The notes under the pieces were generated by a model. That model searched no databases, was not told the origin of the DNA, and saw only the letters and a list, made by a program, of their open reading frames with translations. 64,000 nt of DNA from Bugula neritina (lineage: Eukaryota > Animalia > Bryozoa). The position numbers and the translations under genes are program-made. The DNA lies in assembly GCA_964035545.1 (NCBI GenBank), contig OZ037769.1:9322129-9386128 (forward strand). The letters run 5' to 3'. Numbering within the stretch: position 1 is the stretch's first letter; every line of letters starts with the position of its first letter. Of the stretch, positions 39,101 to 50,600 are shown in pieces.

Positions 39101-42100
39101 CCAATGTAATAGTATCAGAGATTCATCACCTGTTTTTGCTTTCTCAAACCAAATTAGCAATTATATTTAAATTAGCTACAGCATAGTATATACAGTAGTA
39201 GTTATTCTAAATACACATAATACATAATATCATATTTCCTCTATGAAAACACAGTAGATATTTTTACATGCTGAATCATTTTTGCTACACTTGCGTCACT
39301 ATGATGTCTGAATTATACATAGAAAAAGTACATTTAGTAGCAAAAAATCACGGCTTATAATTTCGGGAAAAGAAGTGCCTAGTTGCAACTAGTAATGCCA
39401 GTATATAACAGTATTAGCTAAAGAAGAGCCACTATTTTATAAATAAGTAAATCATTTCAATACTTTTAAATGTTTTAAAAATATCTGGTATACTTGCTTG
39501 TTGTTAGCAGCATGTCTGCTGAAAGAATAGAGTTAGGTTTACAACAGAATCAACATACAATAAACAATATTTTATATTGGGAGCAAACAATTTAAACAGA
39601 ACAAGAAAACTGTAAATTCACTATACCTAAGAGTGTTACCAGCAATAGCATTACTTTGATGATTCGATGGCCTTAAAGAATTTAAAAAAATCCTGAAAGA
39701 TGAGGTAAGTTTAAATGAAAATATAAGCATAATTGCAGAGGAAAAGCTTCGATAAAAAAATAATTTCAGTAAAAATGTATACTTTGAATGGACCCATGCA
39801 ATTATTTTGAATAAAAACATACTATAGAGCAGAACAGCTCTACTGACTTTCAGATATTCATTTACCTTTGGCGGTCTTTTCCTTTTTTCTTTGTAATTTT
39901 TGCTCCTTTGGTAGAATCTTTAGCTACATCAGGTGCTTTAGCACTGCTAGGCGCTAATCCAACACCAAACCCTGAACCCTCGGGCTCACCAACTAACGTC
40001 CCGTCATCGTTTATGTTTACTCCTCGAGCTTGAGCTTCCCGAATCTGTTCAGGATCAGTTTTGTCTATCAGAGTGAATTTCTCCCGTAGTTTAGCTTCCA
40101 TGTCAGCCTCCATTGTTCTGCCAGATTTATATTTAAGCACACTTTATGTATAATAGTCAAGTATTCTACTACAGATTATAGTTCTATGAGTATCAGTTAA
40201 CTCTACTCTTACAAGTTACAACTAGACTAACATCCGAAAATCATGCAGTCGTTTGGTGTTTTTACAACAGAAGCATAGTAATGCAGGTAATATATTTGAG
40301 ACCACACTTACTGGCAGATCTCCCTGAAGGCCTCGTAGACTCCTGCAATCTGTTTGATGTTGATGATGTCAACCTCATCCAACTCCGCAGATATATATTT
40401 TCTCACTTGCTGCTTGATGTCAAACTTCTGCTGCTCAGATAGGGGGTCATATGTCACCATGGAGCGATTGTTTAGAGTGTCATGCATGGCTAGTTCTCTC
40501 TTCAGGTCCACAATGTCCTTTTCAAGCTTTTTCACCATTAGCTGCAAACAGAATTTGATAATTCTAGTTTAAAAATTGAAAATTGAAATGAACTATGCGT
40601 CAATGCCATTTTATAACCCACTATTTTCTAATGTTTTGCTTATGAAACATACTGTTATGATCTTAAAAATTGCTTTATGTTGAAACTAGTAAAACTTTAG
40701 CACTTCTTCCACAACAATTGCTGTGAGTTGTATGACATGCAACAAGCAATACCTATCACCAGTTAACATCAGTACAAGATATAACGACAGTCAACAACTA
40801 TAATACCAAAAAGGCTTTATTGAAACAAAATATGTAACAGCTGTTTTTGGAATACAATTGCAAGTAACTGGTAAAACTGCTATAAATTGCAGGCCTTATA
40901 AAATTGTAGCCTGCTTGTTATTTCCTTTTTATTATATAACTTCTAATCTTACCCATGTTCAAGGATTTATAACAAAGTAGGTGCTGACATGGCTGTTGCT
41001 GCTATGGTCCACAGAGGTGAAAGCAAGACACCCGTATATTATAAACACATGATGCACTAATTGTACTCACAGTTGGGTCAACTTGTTCATTCACTGCTGG
41101 TTCTGAGGAGACACACATCATTCTAGTTGCAAACCTCAGTGTAGACACCGTCTCATCAAGTTGCTCCTTTTCTCCCCATATGTTGGCAATCAGTACCTGT
41201 ATCATGGATATAATTAGTTACTGATATGTAACTGTGTAATGTATATATGTAATGTATATATGTAATGTATATATTTAATGTGACTATGTGATGTATACAT
41301 GTAATGTATAAATGTAATACATGTATATATGTAATGTATATATGTAATGTATATATATATGTAGTGTACATGCATATATTTATTGTATATATGTAATGTA
41401 GATATGTATTGTATATATATGTAATACATGTATGCTATGTATATTTTGTGTAATGCATATATGATGTGTTTAGGATTATTCTTGCTTACCGTGTCACATG
41501 ACCCTCCAATGGAATCTTTGAGCACATGAGTTAGCTTCGACTGGCGGAAAGGCACATGATCTCTTCTCCTGTCTGCTAAAGCTATGACACATTGCTCCAA
41601 GAAGGAGAGAGACTTGTTTATGTACATGGCTTCTTCCTTAACTTTCCCTTCTGACTGTTACCAAAAAGAAAATTATATTTATTAAAATTAGTTACAATAA
41701 ATAGGTAACTGTGTTGAAGTTTTTCATAAACATAGCAATAGAACTGACAATTATGTGTACAATGCACAGTCAATGTATGGCAACCATGATTTCAAAAGTT
41801 TTCATTTAAAGTCTCACCAAAGTTTTTCCAAGACGTTCAGAACCAGCGAGATCTACAAAGTTGAGTTTAGAGGTTGTGTAGACTGCACTAGACATTACTC
41901 TAGAACGAGACTCCACACTCAACATGAAGATACAATGAGATCTAGAAGAAGCAGCGTTTAGTGAGTGCTGTGCAATCACACGGTTTGTCTCTCCCTGCAA
42001 TACCAATTAATATGATAGTTAAATGGTTTAACAACATGTAACAGCTCTAGCATTCAACCTACGTTTTTCACCACAAAGGCCTATCGAGCTTCATAGTTTA

Positions 42101-44122
42101 AAAGAAATATTTTAGTTTTTCTTGATAAGTACTAGCTGTTGATAGCTAACTTTTAAGGGCTAAGACTGAGCTCAGAGCTTTCAAAACATTCCTTTAAATG
42201 CATCACATTTACCATCACTAAGGTAGTTTATAAAATACAGTCAGAAAGTGTTACATATATAAATACAGTTTTACACATACATATAACTATTTCTCACAAA
42301 GACACTGAAACTGTAACCTAGTGATTTAATAAGACTAGAGTGAGCAGCTTGTTTGCTGTTGTAGTAGTAGCATAGATGATTGAATTATTGAAAGTTTTCA
42401 AATAACCAAGTGCAGGCTTCCAGAAGAATCAGTTTATGAGAATTTAACATGCAATCTGAGCAATGTAATGTGAGCAATGCAATGTGAGCAATGTAATGCA
42501 CCTCAAAAAGCAAATTGAGAGCTTCTTCTTCAGTTTGAGCAAGATGCTGAGTGAGACCTTTGACATAAACTCCATTTTCATCTTCACCTATAGCCATCTG
42601 ACCCGACTTCTCTAGAAATGGCTGGGGGGACAATAAATCATACATCTGTTCGTTGTAAATCTCCAGATAAGATATTCTAATAAAGACAACATCTTGTGAA
42701 ACTGTAGGGTCTAATTTGAATACATAAGTTTGTCATAAATATACTTAAAGTTTTCTACAAAACTTGTTGATCAATGTTTTTGTGGTTTTTCATTATCTCA
42801 TAGCAGTTATATAATTTATGTACAATAAATCTATACAAATACCTCTTACAAAACATGCGTTATTCTACTGAACATCCGATGCCATGTACAATAATTGTAA
42901 TCAAAAACAACATAAAAAGTTATCAATTCTAGAAATAGTTAATAAAAAAGTGAAAGTATTTAACTACTTGAACTGTTCATGGTGAAACAGCTGATTGCTT
43001 ATTTATAACAGTATTATAGAGTATCTTCAACCAATCTTAGTTTGAAGAGTATTTGAGCTATATACAAGACAGCAGAAAGATTAGCAATTATATTTATGAT
43101 CAAACATTACAATAACATATTTTACTTCCATCACAGTTAACCATGGCTAGATAAAAATAGTTACAATCAGAACTTCCGCAACTGTAACCCAATGTTGAAG
43201 AATTAATGTACTGGTGATAATGTAAACACTTACAACTACTTGGAATGCGTTCTGTTTTATTAACTGGAGAGATACAACAAGTGAGAAAGAATGTTGAGAA
43301 ACAATGTAACTTAATGGCTATTAGACTTGCTTAAAACAACAGAAGGTATTAATTCAATACCAAATCTATAAAACCAGGCAATATAATATGAAACTATGTC
43401 TATTGCAAAATTAAATTATTTAAGTTACTTTATTGACATAATTTATAAAACCTCATAGTTATTACCTGACATTGATAGAATAGTCTGTCTGTTCTTCAAT
43501 ATCTTTGTAAAGCTGTTGAAGAGATCGTGGAATCAGACCACGGTGTTTATAGTTTTCTGTAGCTCCAGTCATCGTAAAAGTTTTACCTGCACCAGTTTGT
43601 CCATAGCAGAGCATGGTGCCTAAATAGAGAATTGAAACAAATGTGTTTCATTACAGTAACAGCTGTACCGATACACTTTGAATTTAACAACCATATTTCC
43701 TTATCACAGCTTTTGAACTGCCTAATTCTTAAAAAAAAAATTATCTAAAACACTGGTAGAAAGTATTACCATTATAACCGCTGAGACATCTGCTAACCAA
43801 TGGCCTGGCAGCTTTTTCAAAGACCTCCCCTTGATCTGAATTGTGTAAGATGCCATCCATTTTAAATGCCCAGTCCAGAATTTGGTTGTTGACCACGCCA
43901 TGTCTTTCTTCTCTTTTGATGTGTAAATTAATGGTCTAAAATTTAAAGAAAAGCTTTAAACTGTCACAAATTTACACAAAATGAACATAACCCACTCACA
44001 AAATACTGAGTATAAACTATTACCTTTCCATCAGCTTTAAGATCTATGTTTTCATCAGCGAATTTAGTTGTGGGTCTTGTTCTCACCCACACCTTTACTT
44101 TTTTTGAGCGCGAAGCACTCAT
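36150..44122 (-). CDS. KIF9: Kinesin-9 family motor KIF9
   Basis: ATG 44122 MSASRSKKVKVWVRTRPT..GVVNNQILDWAFKMDG; P-loop YGQTGAGKTFTMTGATENYKHRG; SSRSH; FVDLAGSER; INKSLS; HVPFRQSKLT; ELAMHDTLNNRS; EFDNWYSESF; stop at 36150; GT-AG junctions. Confidence 0.95.
41224..41465. repeat. Degenerate TGTAATGTATATA minisatellite in a KIF9 intron
   Basis: Fills most of intron 41198-41489. Confidence 0.85.
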
Positions 44123-44747
44123 CTTCTGCTAAAAAGTATAGTACAGTTGGATATATACATTATACACACAAATAAGAATATTATTTTAAGAATATCCTAC
44201 TAGGTACTACTTCCTAGTAATTTGTTAACTATCAATTTCAACAAAGTCTTTAGGAAATCAATTACTGAGCAGTCACTAAGCATTGTGAATTTTTGAAAAG
44301 AAAAACTGAAACCTGCAATGCATTTTTTCAAATAATTCCAAATACATTTAATTTAATCAAAATTTGCATAGCATAATAAACAGCAATACCTGATGACCCA
44401 CATGCAGGTAATTTATTTGGTCATCAAATTTAAACAAAATATTTACTAAAATATTATTGCTGGATATACAAATATTTACAATCAAAATGCTTCAGTAGTT
44501 TACTTTAAAAAAATTACTAGAAAACTGAAGTGTTTTGACTAAAACTTTTTTTCCATGAACAAAATTCTGTATTTAATTTTTGCGATTGTGGGTTACATTT
44601 GATATTAATTTAAATTTAAAAAATAATCAAAAAGTATAATAAGTACAGTGTAAGTAGCTTCTGAGTTTATTAGCTAATCAAAGTATTAAATTAATAATGC
44701 TAAAAATTTTCAAAATACATCTAAAGACTTTTGATTATTTATAGTAT

Positions 44748-45156
44748 TGTTATGGTTAGGGGAAGTATACCCCCTGCTAAACATGACTCTATAGATTATG
44801 GTGAAACTAACATCAAGGACGACAACTCCGCAAACCCTTGCCGCATGTCTATGCGGTGCCCTATTAGTAACTACGGATGACACCGCCGGAATATTGTGTC
44901 ATCCAATCAGGATTGACTCTGTATATATAAGCAATGCCTTCCGGCGCCCACAGCAGTCTTGGACAGTAGTAGTAGATAACTAGGTTGACTTTATGTAATT
45001 GCTTCAGTTATTGTACTCATTTCTCTTTACACTTATACTAATTTTTTATCGTGTGTTTTTGATTAACAATATAGCTCTCTTGTTAAATGATTACCTAGTT
45101 CGGTTCATTACATGACCTCACAGTGGATATGCAGTAATTACCAGCACACAATAACA
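44748..45156 (+). mobile_element. Possible solo LTR (TG...CA), or an unexplained promoter/structured island
   Basis: Ends TGTTATGGT...ACAATAACA (8/9 inverted match); internal CCAAT, TATATAA and CAGT initiator-like spacing; no TSD seen. Confidence 0.35.
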
Positions 45157-46193
45157 CCCAAACTAATAGTGCACAATTAAACTACAACACTATATTAGAC
45201 AGCAGTACTCTTAAAATAACATACCAAAGATGCTTATGTTGTGGTTGCTTAAAAAAATCATTGCCTTATCTGCAGCTACAGAAAATTACATTTAGAATCA
45301 ATCTCTGGAAGTTTGGTTGCAAAAAAAAGCTAGAGATTGGGATGGAAGTATAATTTAAAAAAGTTTCAAAAAGTTGTGCAATAACTTCTGTAACTAGTAA
45401 CTACTAAATTCTTTATAATTATTATGATACTTATCTTATATAATAATTATATATATCATGATTATAATATATAACTTACATATGTATTATATTTATTACT
45501 TTAAAGCAGTGAAATAATTTTATAAGGCAATATGTTATACCTGTTAAATCATAATAATTACTATCAGTATTAGTTGCTGCACTTTTTATTATGTTAGTCA
45601 ATGATGCAGTGTCAGTTTGATAAGGGAGTAATACTAATTGTAAACATTAACTGTAAGGTCACTTTGACTATCAAATTGGCTATAAAAAGACTTGAAAAAA
45701 ACAGTTATAATAATCAGTTATTGTAAATTATAAAGTGAGCAAGAATGCATTTAGTTTCAAAATATTTTTTGTAGGTAATGCACGTTTTACTACCAATGCA
45801 GCCTAACTACTTGTACACTATAACCATAAGTATCATACGATTTATACTAGCTATATGACACTGCTGTAAATATTACTAAGAATACATGCAACTAAACATA
45901 TAATTTGACTTTACATAGTGATAGTAATACTAATAGTACTTGTGGGCGTAGCAGAGTCACTGACGGATTGAGACTAACAACCGAAGCCTTATCACAAACG
46001 TGAATAATAGTGACTTAACTAGTGATTAGGAGTACTCTTTCGGAATTCAAAAAATTCAACAAACGCTATTATTTGTTGTTGATACAATCTAAACATCTAA
46101 AGTGCGATGTATAAGTTCAACATGGCAGACTTACGTGTGTTTTTATATATTTTTAAGAGACTACTTATGAACATCTAAAAATTTCATATGGTA

Positions 46194-46206
46194 GTTGCTA
46201 TGCAAC
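46194..46206. promoter_or_regulatory. RFX X-box-like palindrome GTTGCTATGCAAC
   Basis: One base short of the canonical GTTGCCATGGCAAC; lies about 60 nt from a minus-strand GTAAGT donor (~46129-46134) that could end a KIF9 5' UTR exon. Confidence 0.45.
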
Positions 46207-47641
46207 GTGTAGCGACAATCGCGTTTGGCGAGAAAAGTCCATTGAGCTCTTACCACTTAAATTAACGAGCAATAACTTTTTGCACCAAGATATCATTATA
46301 CCGACCTTTTATTGACCTTGAAACATACCCTTCGGATTTCCCCAAAGGTTACCTATGTTTAATAAACTATCTCTACTCATACTGTTAGCCAAATAGTATT
46401 ATAAATATGCAATTAGTAACAAAGAATATTGAATAGAAGGTAACCGATATAGCACCTAAAATTGTCATCATATTTGTATATGCAGTAACAGAAATGTTCT
46501 GTCTTGCTTGTAGATTCAAATCAAAATTATCCACTTTTTCTTAAAACTTGGCGAGTTGGCTCTTACTCTTAGTTTTAGTCTTACAATTATAGTTACACTT
46601 ACAGTTAGTGTTACACTTACAGTTACTGTCTTAGTCATAGTGACTAAGAGTAAGAGTTAAGCTTTAAGAGTAAGTGAATAATCAAATCGAAGAGTAACAT
46701 TATCATGACGTTAGTCTTACTCTTACTTTTACTATCACTATGAGTATGAGTGTGACTGTGAGTGATTGACAGCGTTCAAAAGTTGAATGTCAAATTCAAT
46801 GTGATTGAACGTTCCTAAAAATTCTTTAATCACTATCAGAATGAAAATGAGTCAATGTGGATTGCATTTAGTTTTACTTTTATTTTTTAACTACTGGATA
46901 ATTATAGTCGGAGTCATACTCATACTGATACTGATACTCGTAGTAATCATTAATAATATGATACTTTTACTATCATCATAATACGTAGAGCTAATCATGG
47001 GCTTCATCATCAGGACTATCACTCGCTGATTGAAATTAAAATTGTGCTTGCAAGTAGTACATACTTGTACAGTGTTACAACTTAAAACCTTTAAATTAGA
47101 CATCACTATAATAATGATTATTATAATTTTTAAAATACCCCTTCATTTATACATTAAAAGTGATTTACAATTAATATTATAATATGTGATAATCCTAGTC
47201 ATATATAATTAAAATTTTTGCTAGTTTTCATAAATAGGATTAGGCATTAAACTTAGTATAAATGATTGCTACTCGTTTACTATATTTTATCATTTATTTT
47301 ATTAGACTAGTAGCATTATGCATTCATGCGTAGATACTTGCACTGTCTCTCTAACTCTCACACTGTTTATTAAGTAATACGCTCATTTTGATATACCTTT
47401 GAATACTTTTGAATATATCAAACACTCAGGAACACTTACAGTTATAGGAGGGCCGGAGTTGATTTACAGTGTGAAAGTTCCTTAACTACAGGTTAAGTAG
47501 AGGCTGTGTTGAATTTGTAATCTATGTTCCCCCTGTTTTCTCTAATGGTTTCTGGCTTTCTTTTTCACCTATTTATGCCATCTCTAGATGTGTACGGCTG
47601 AAGCGATTTTTATATACATGTGTTTGTAGAATCACTCTAAA

Positions 47642-50600
47642 ATGGCCAAAGCTGGTTCACACAGTACTTACTTGTGGAAAGGAAACACAGATTTAGCTTT
47701 GACTAAATGGCCTACATCTGCTGCAATAAAACAAATTGCCCTAGGTCTACATCATTCAGCTTTGTTGGATTGGCATGACCAGGTGCTTTGTTGTGGACAA
47801 AACTCCCATGGCCAATTAGGAATTGGAAGTAATTCTGGATCCCACATGGAACCACTAGTTGTCCCATGCTTGGAAGGTGTGTTCTAGTCCTTTTAATATT
47901 CTGTGTTTAATCAGTCAGTTAGCTGTGTAACCATGATTCTATTAAGTCATACTACTATAAACATCATTATTTCCTATACTATAATGGGTCATTTTACTTA
48001 ATTTAGTATACACTGGAAATCTCCAGTTTTTAGCTATTTTTCACAATTTAGCTGCTAATGAACATGAGTTTTTGCCTAAAATTAGTAAAATATCAAAAAA
48101 TACACTTAAAGAATCAAGTTCTTTTTAATTTTGCTTAATTTCTCATGTTTTTCCCTAATTATTCAGCTACTTTTGATTGCGGACCGTTATGGTTTTTTGT
48201 AACAGTCCGCATTCAAAATTACTTGAATAAATAGGGAGAAACATGAGAAATCAAGCAAAATTAAAAAGAACCTTTAAGCATAATTATTTCTTATACCATA
48301 ATATAATTTAAACATGCCTTATCAGTAACACCTGTTGGGAGCAGCCGTGGTCTAGGGGTTAGAGTGTTTGCTTTGTGAATGCGAAGTCATGGGTTCAAAC
48401 CCCGACAAAGGCCAATGGTGATGTTAGAAAAAGCATCCATTCAAAATTGCTCCTGTGCCTCATTTGAACAAGTCCTTAGCCTGTTCTAACAAAAACTCTT
48501 TCCATCAGGGGCGTCTCACAGGGATAGCGGCTATAAACTTGTGTGAGTTTTTATCAGTAACACCTGTAAATATTTTGATATCATTGTTGTGTTGTGTCTC
48601 ATTACTTAAACACCAACACTGTGAATAAAAGAGCTCAGTAAGTATATATTATTTTTTCTAATGTTGCTGTAGCTTCATGTGTTTATAGGCTTGTTTGTGC
48701 TTCACAGTTGGAACTTATAGTGCTGTTGTGTTATGCAGATGAAAGAGTAAGCTCAGTGGCTGTGGGACTCTACCATACAGTCTGTGGAACTAAGAGTGGG
48801 CGAGTATACTGCTGGGGTGACTCATCAGAAGGACAATGTGCTACTCTAGATGTTACACAATATACTACCCCAAACTGTGTGGCTTCTTTTGACACTGCTA
48901 TCAAAAAGGTTTACAGTCAAGAATTATATAATACATTGATTTTCTTTATTGCCATCGATGTTTGTTTTTAAATTTATGAAACTTTTTTTTAGCAAATTTA
49001 CATTTCAGTTTGCGTTTTAATCAAGTTCAGTATAAATCTTAGTCCAGTTTACTACAGGTTGTAGATGTGTTTAGTATATGTTGTAGATGTGTTTAGTATA
49101 TGTTGTAGATGTGTTTAGTATATGTTGTAGATGTGTTTAGTATATGTTGTAGATGTGTTTAGTATATGTTGTAGATGTGTTTAGTATATGTTGTAGATGT
49201 GTTTAGTATATGTTGTAGATGTGTTTAGTATATGTTGTAGATGTGTTTAGTATATGTTGTAGATGTGTTTAGTATATGTTGTAGATGTGTTTAGTATATG
49301 TTGTAGATGTGTTTAGTATATGTTGTAGATGTGTTTAGTATATGTTGTAGATGTGTCGGTATGTTGCAGGTAAGCTGCTGTGCGACATCATCTGTTGCTC
49401 TTTTAGAAGACGGGAGATTGTTTGCCTGGGGTTCTGGATCCATGTTTCAGGAGTCGACATGTAAAGTGAAACAAGTAAGTTTTTTCATCTCTATCTGCAA
49501 AGGGCTTCACAAACATCTATATTTACTGTAAAGGCGATCATGGCACATCTATTATTTACCTTTAATCAACTTTAGTTTAAATTTTAAATCATGTTTTAGG
49601 CACAAAAATTGACATTATTATTTTACTTATTTCATTTATTAGCCGCTAAATGCACTGATGGTGTCTTTCTATTTAACCATAATAAAAGTTGTCACTATTT
49701 TAAGACATGCTCTAACAGAAAATGCGATAATTATCAAAATTGACACAAAAATTGTGATTACTTCTCTCTGATAATAGTGAGTTTTGTGAATATGAATTAA
49801 ACTATTTTTATTTCTGTTTCAACCGTTGATATCTTATGCATTGTTTTTCTTTTCTTTTTTAGTAGAAATTAAGATTTGCTACATATTTTGTAGGTAATCA
49901 AGCCAACATTATTTAGTTTTATTGAAGATCGGATTGTATTGGATGTATCTTGTGGTGAAGAATTTATTGTCGCTGTTATCAAGAAAAAAGTTCATACTCT
50001 AAAAAAACTCATTACTAAAAATAACTATGTTGTTGTCCACAAATCAGGCAATGAGCTGGAAGCTTTTAATATTAAAGAACATCGACGGAGTAGGTTGTCT
50101 TTTGATTAATTGAGTTTTCAGGAGTTTAATTCAAAATGATACTTGTTGTATTAGAAAAGAAATATTACTGGAAAATATCAGAGTTGTGTTAAATTATTTT
50201 AATTCAAATTAATTTAATAGTTGATCAAACCAAGTGTCGGCGTAGACAGAGAACTGTTATGTAATGTTTAACTCAAATCAACAATCACCTCAATTGAATG
50301 AAGTTAATTAGATTGAGTTACAGATTTTCAACACAAATTTATACTAATTTTAAGGTCAAATTAAATTTTAATTTAGGAAGTGTAAATAGTTTAGTTATGA
50401 TCAATATTTTTTATGGAAGCTGTTATTGCATAGTACTAGCTTTTTAAATTAATCACAGCTGCATTAGCATTATAAGTCATATATTAATGGTTTATTTTAA
50501 CACCTAGTCTGTATTTAAAATTCAAACAGAAACCAATATAAACTATTCACTATTCCTATCTGATTCTTTACCTGCTGTAGGTAAAACAAAAAGAAAAATA

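Noticed and set aside
48336-48410. Functional tRNA gene
   Set aside because: No acceptor stem, the anticodon differs among copies, and it is fused to a shared body with TSDs, so it is a SINE head.
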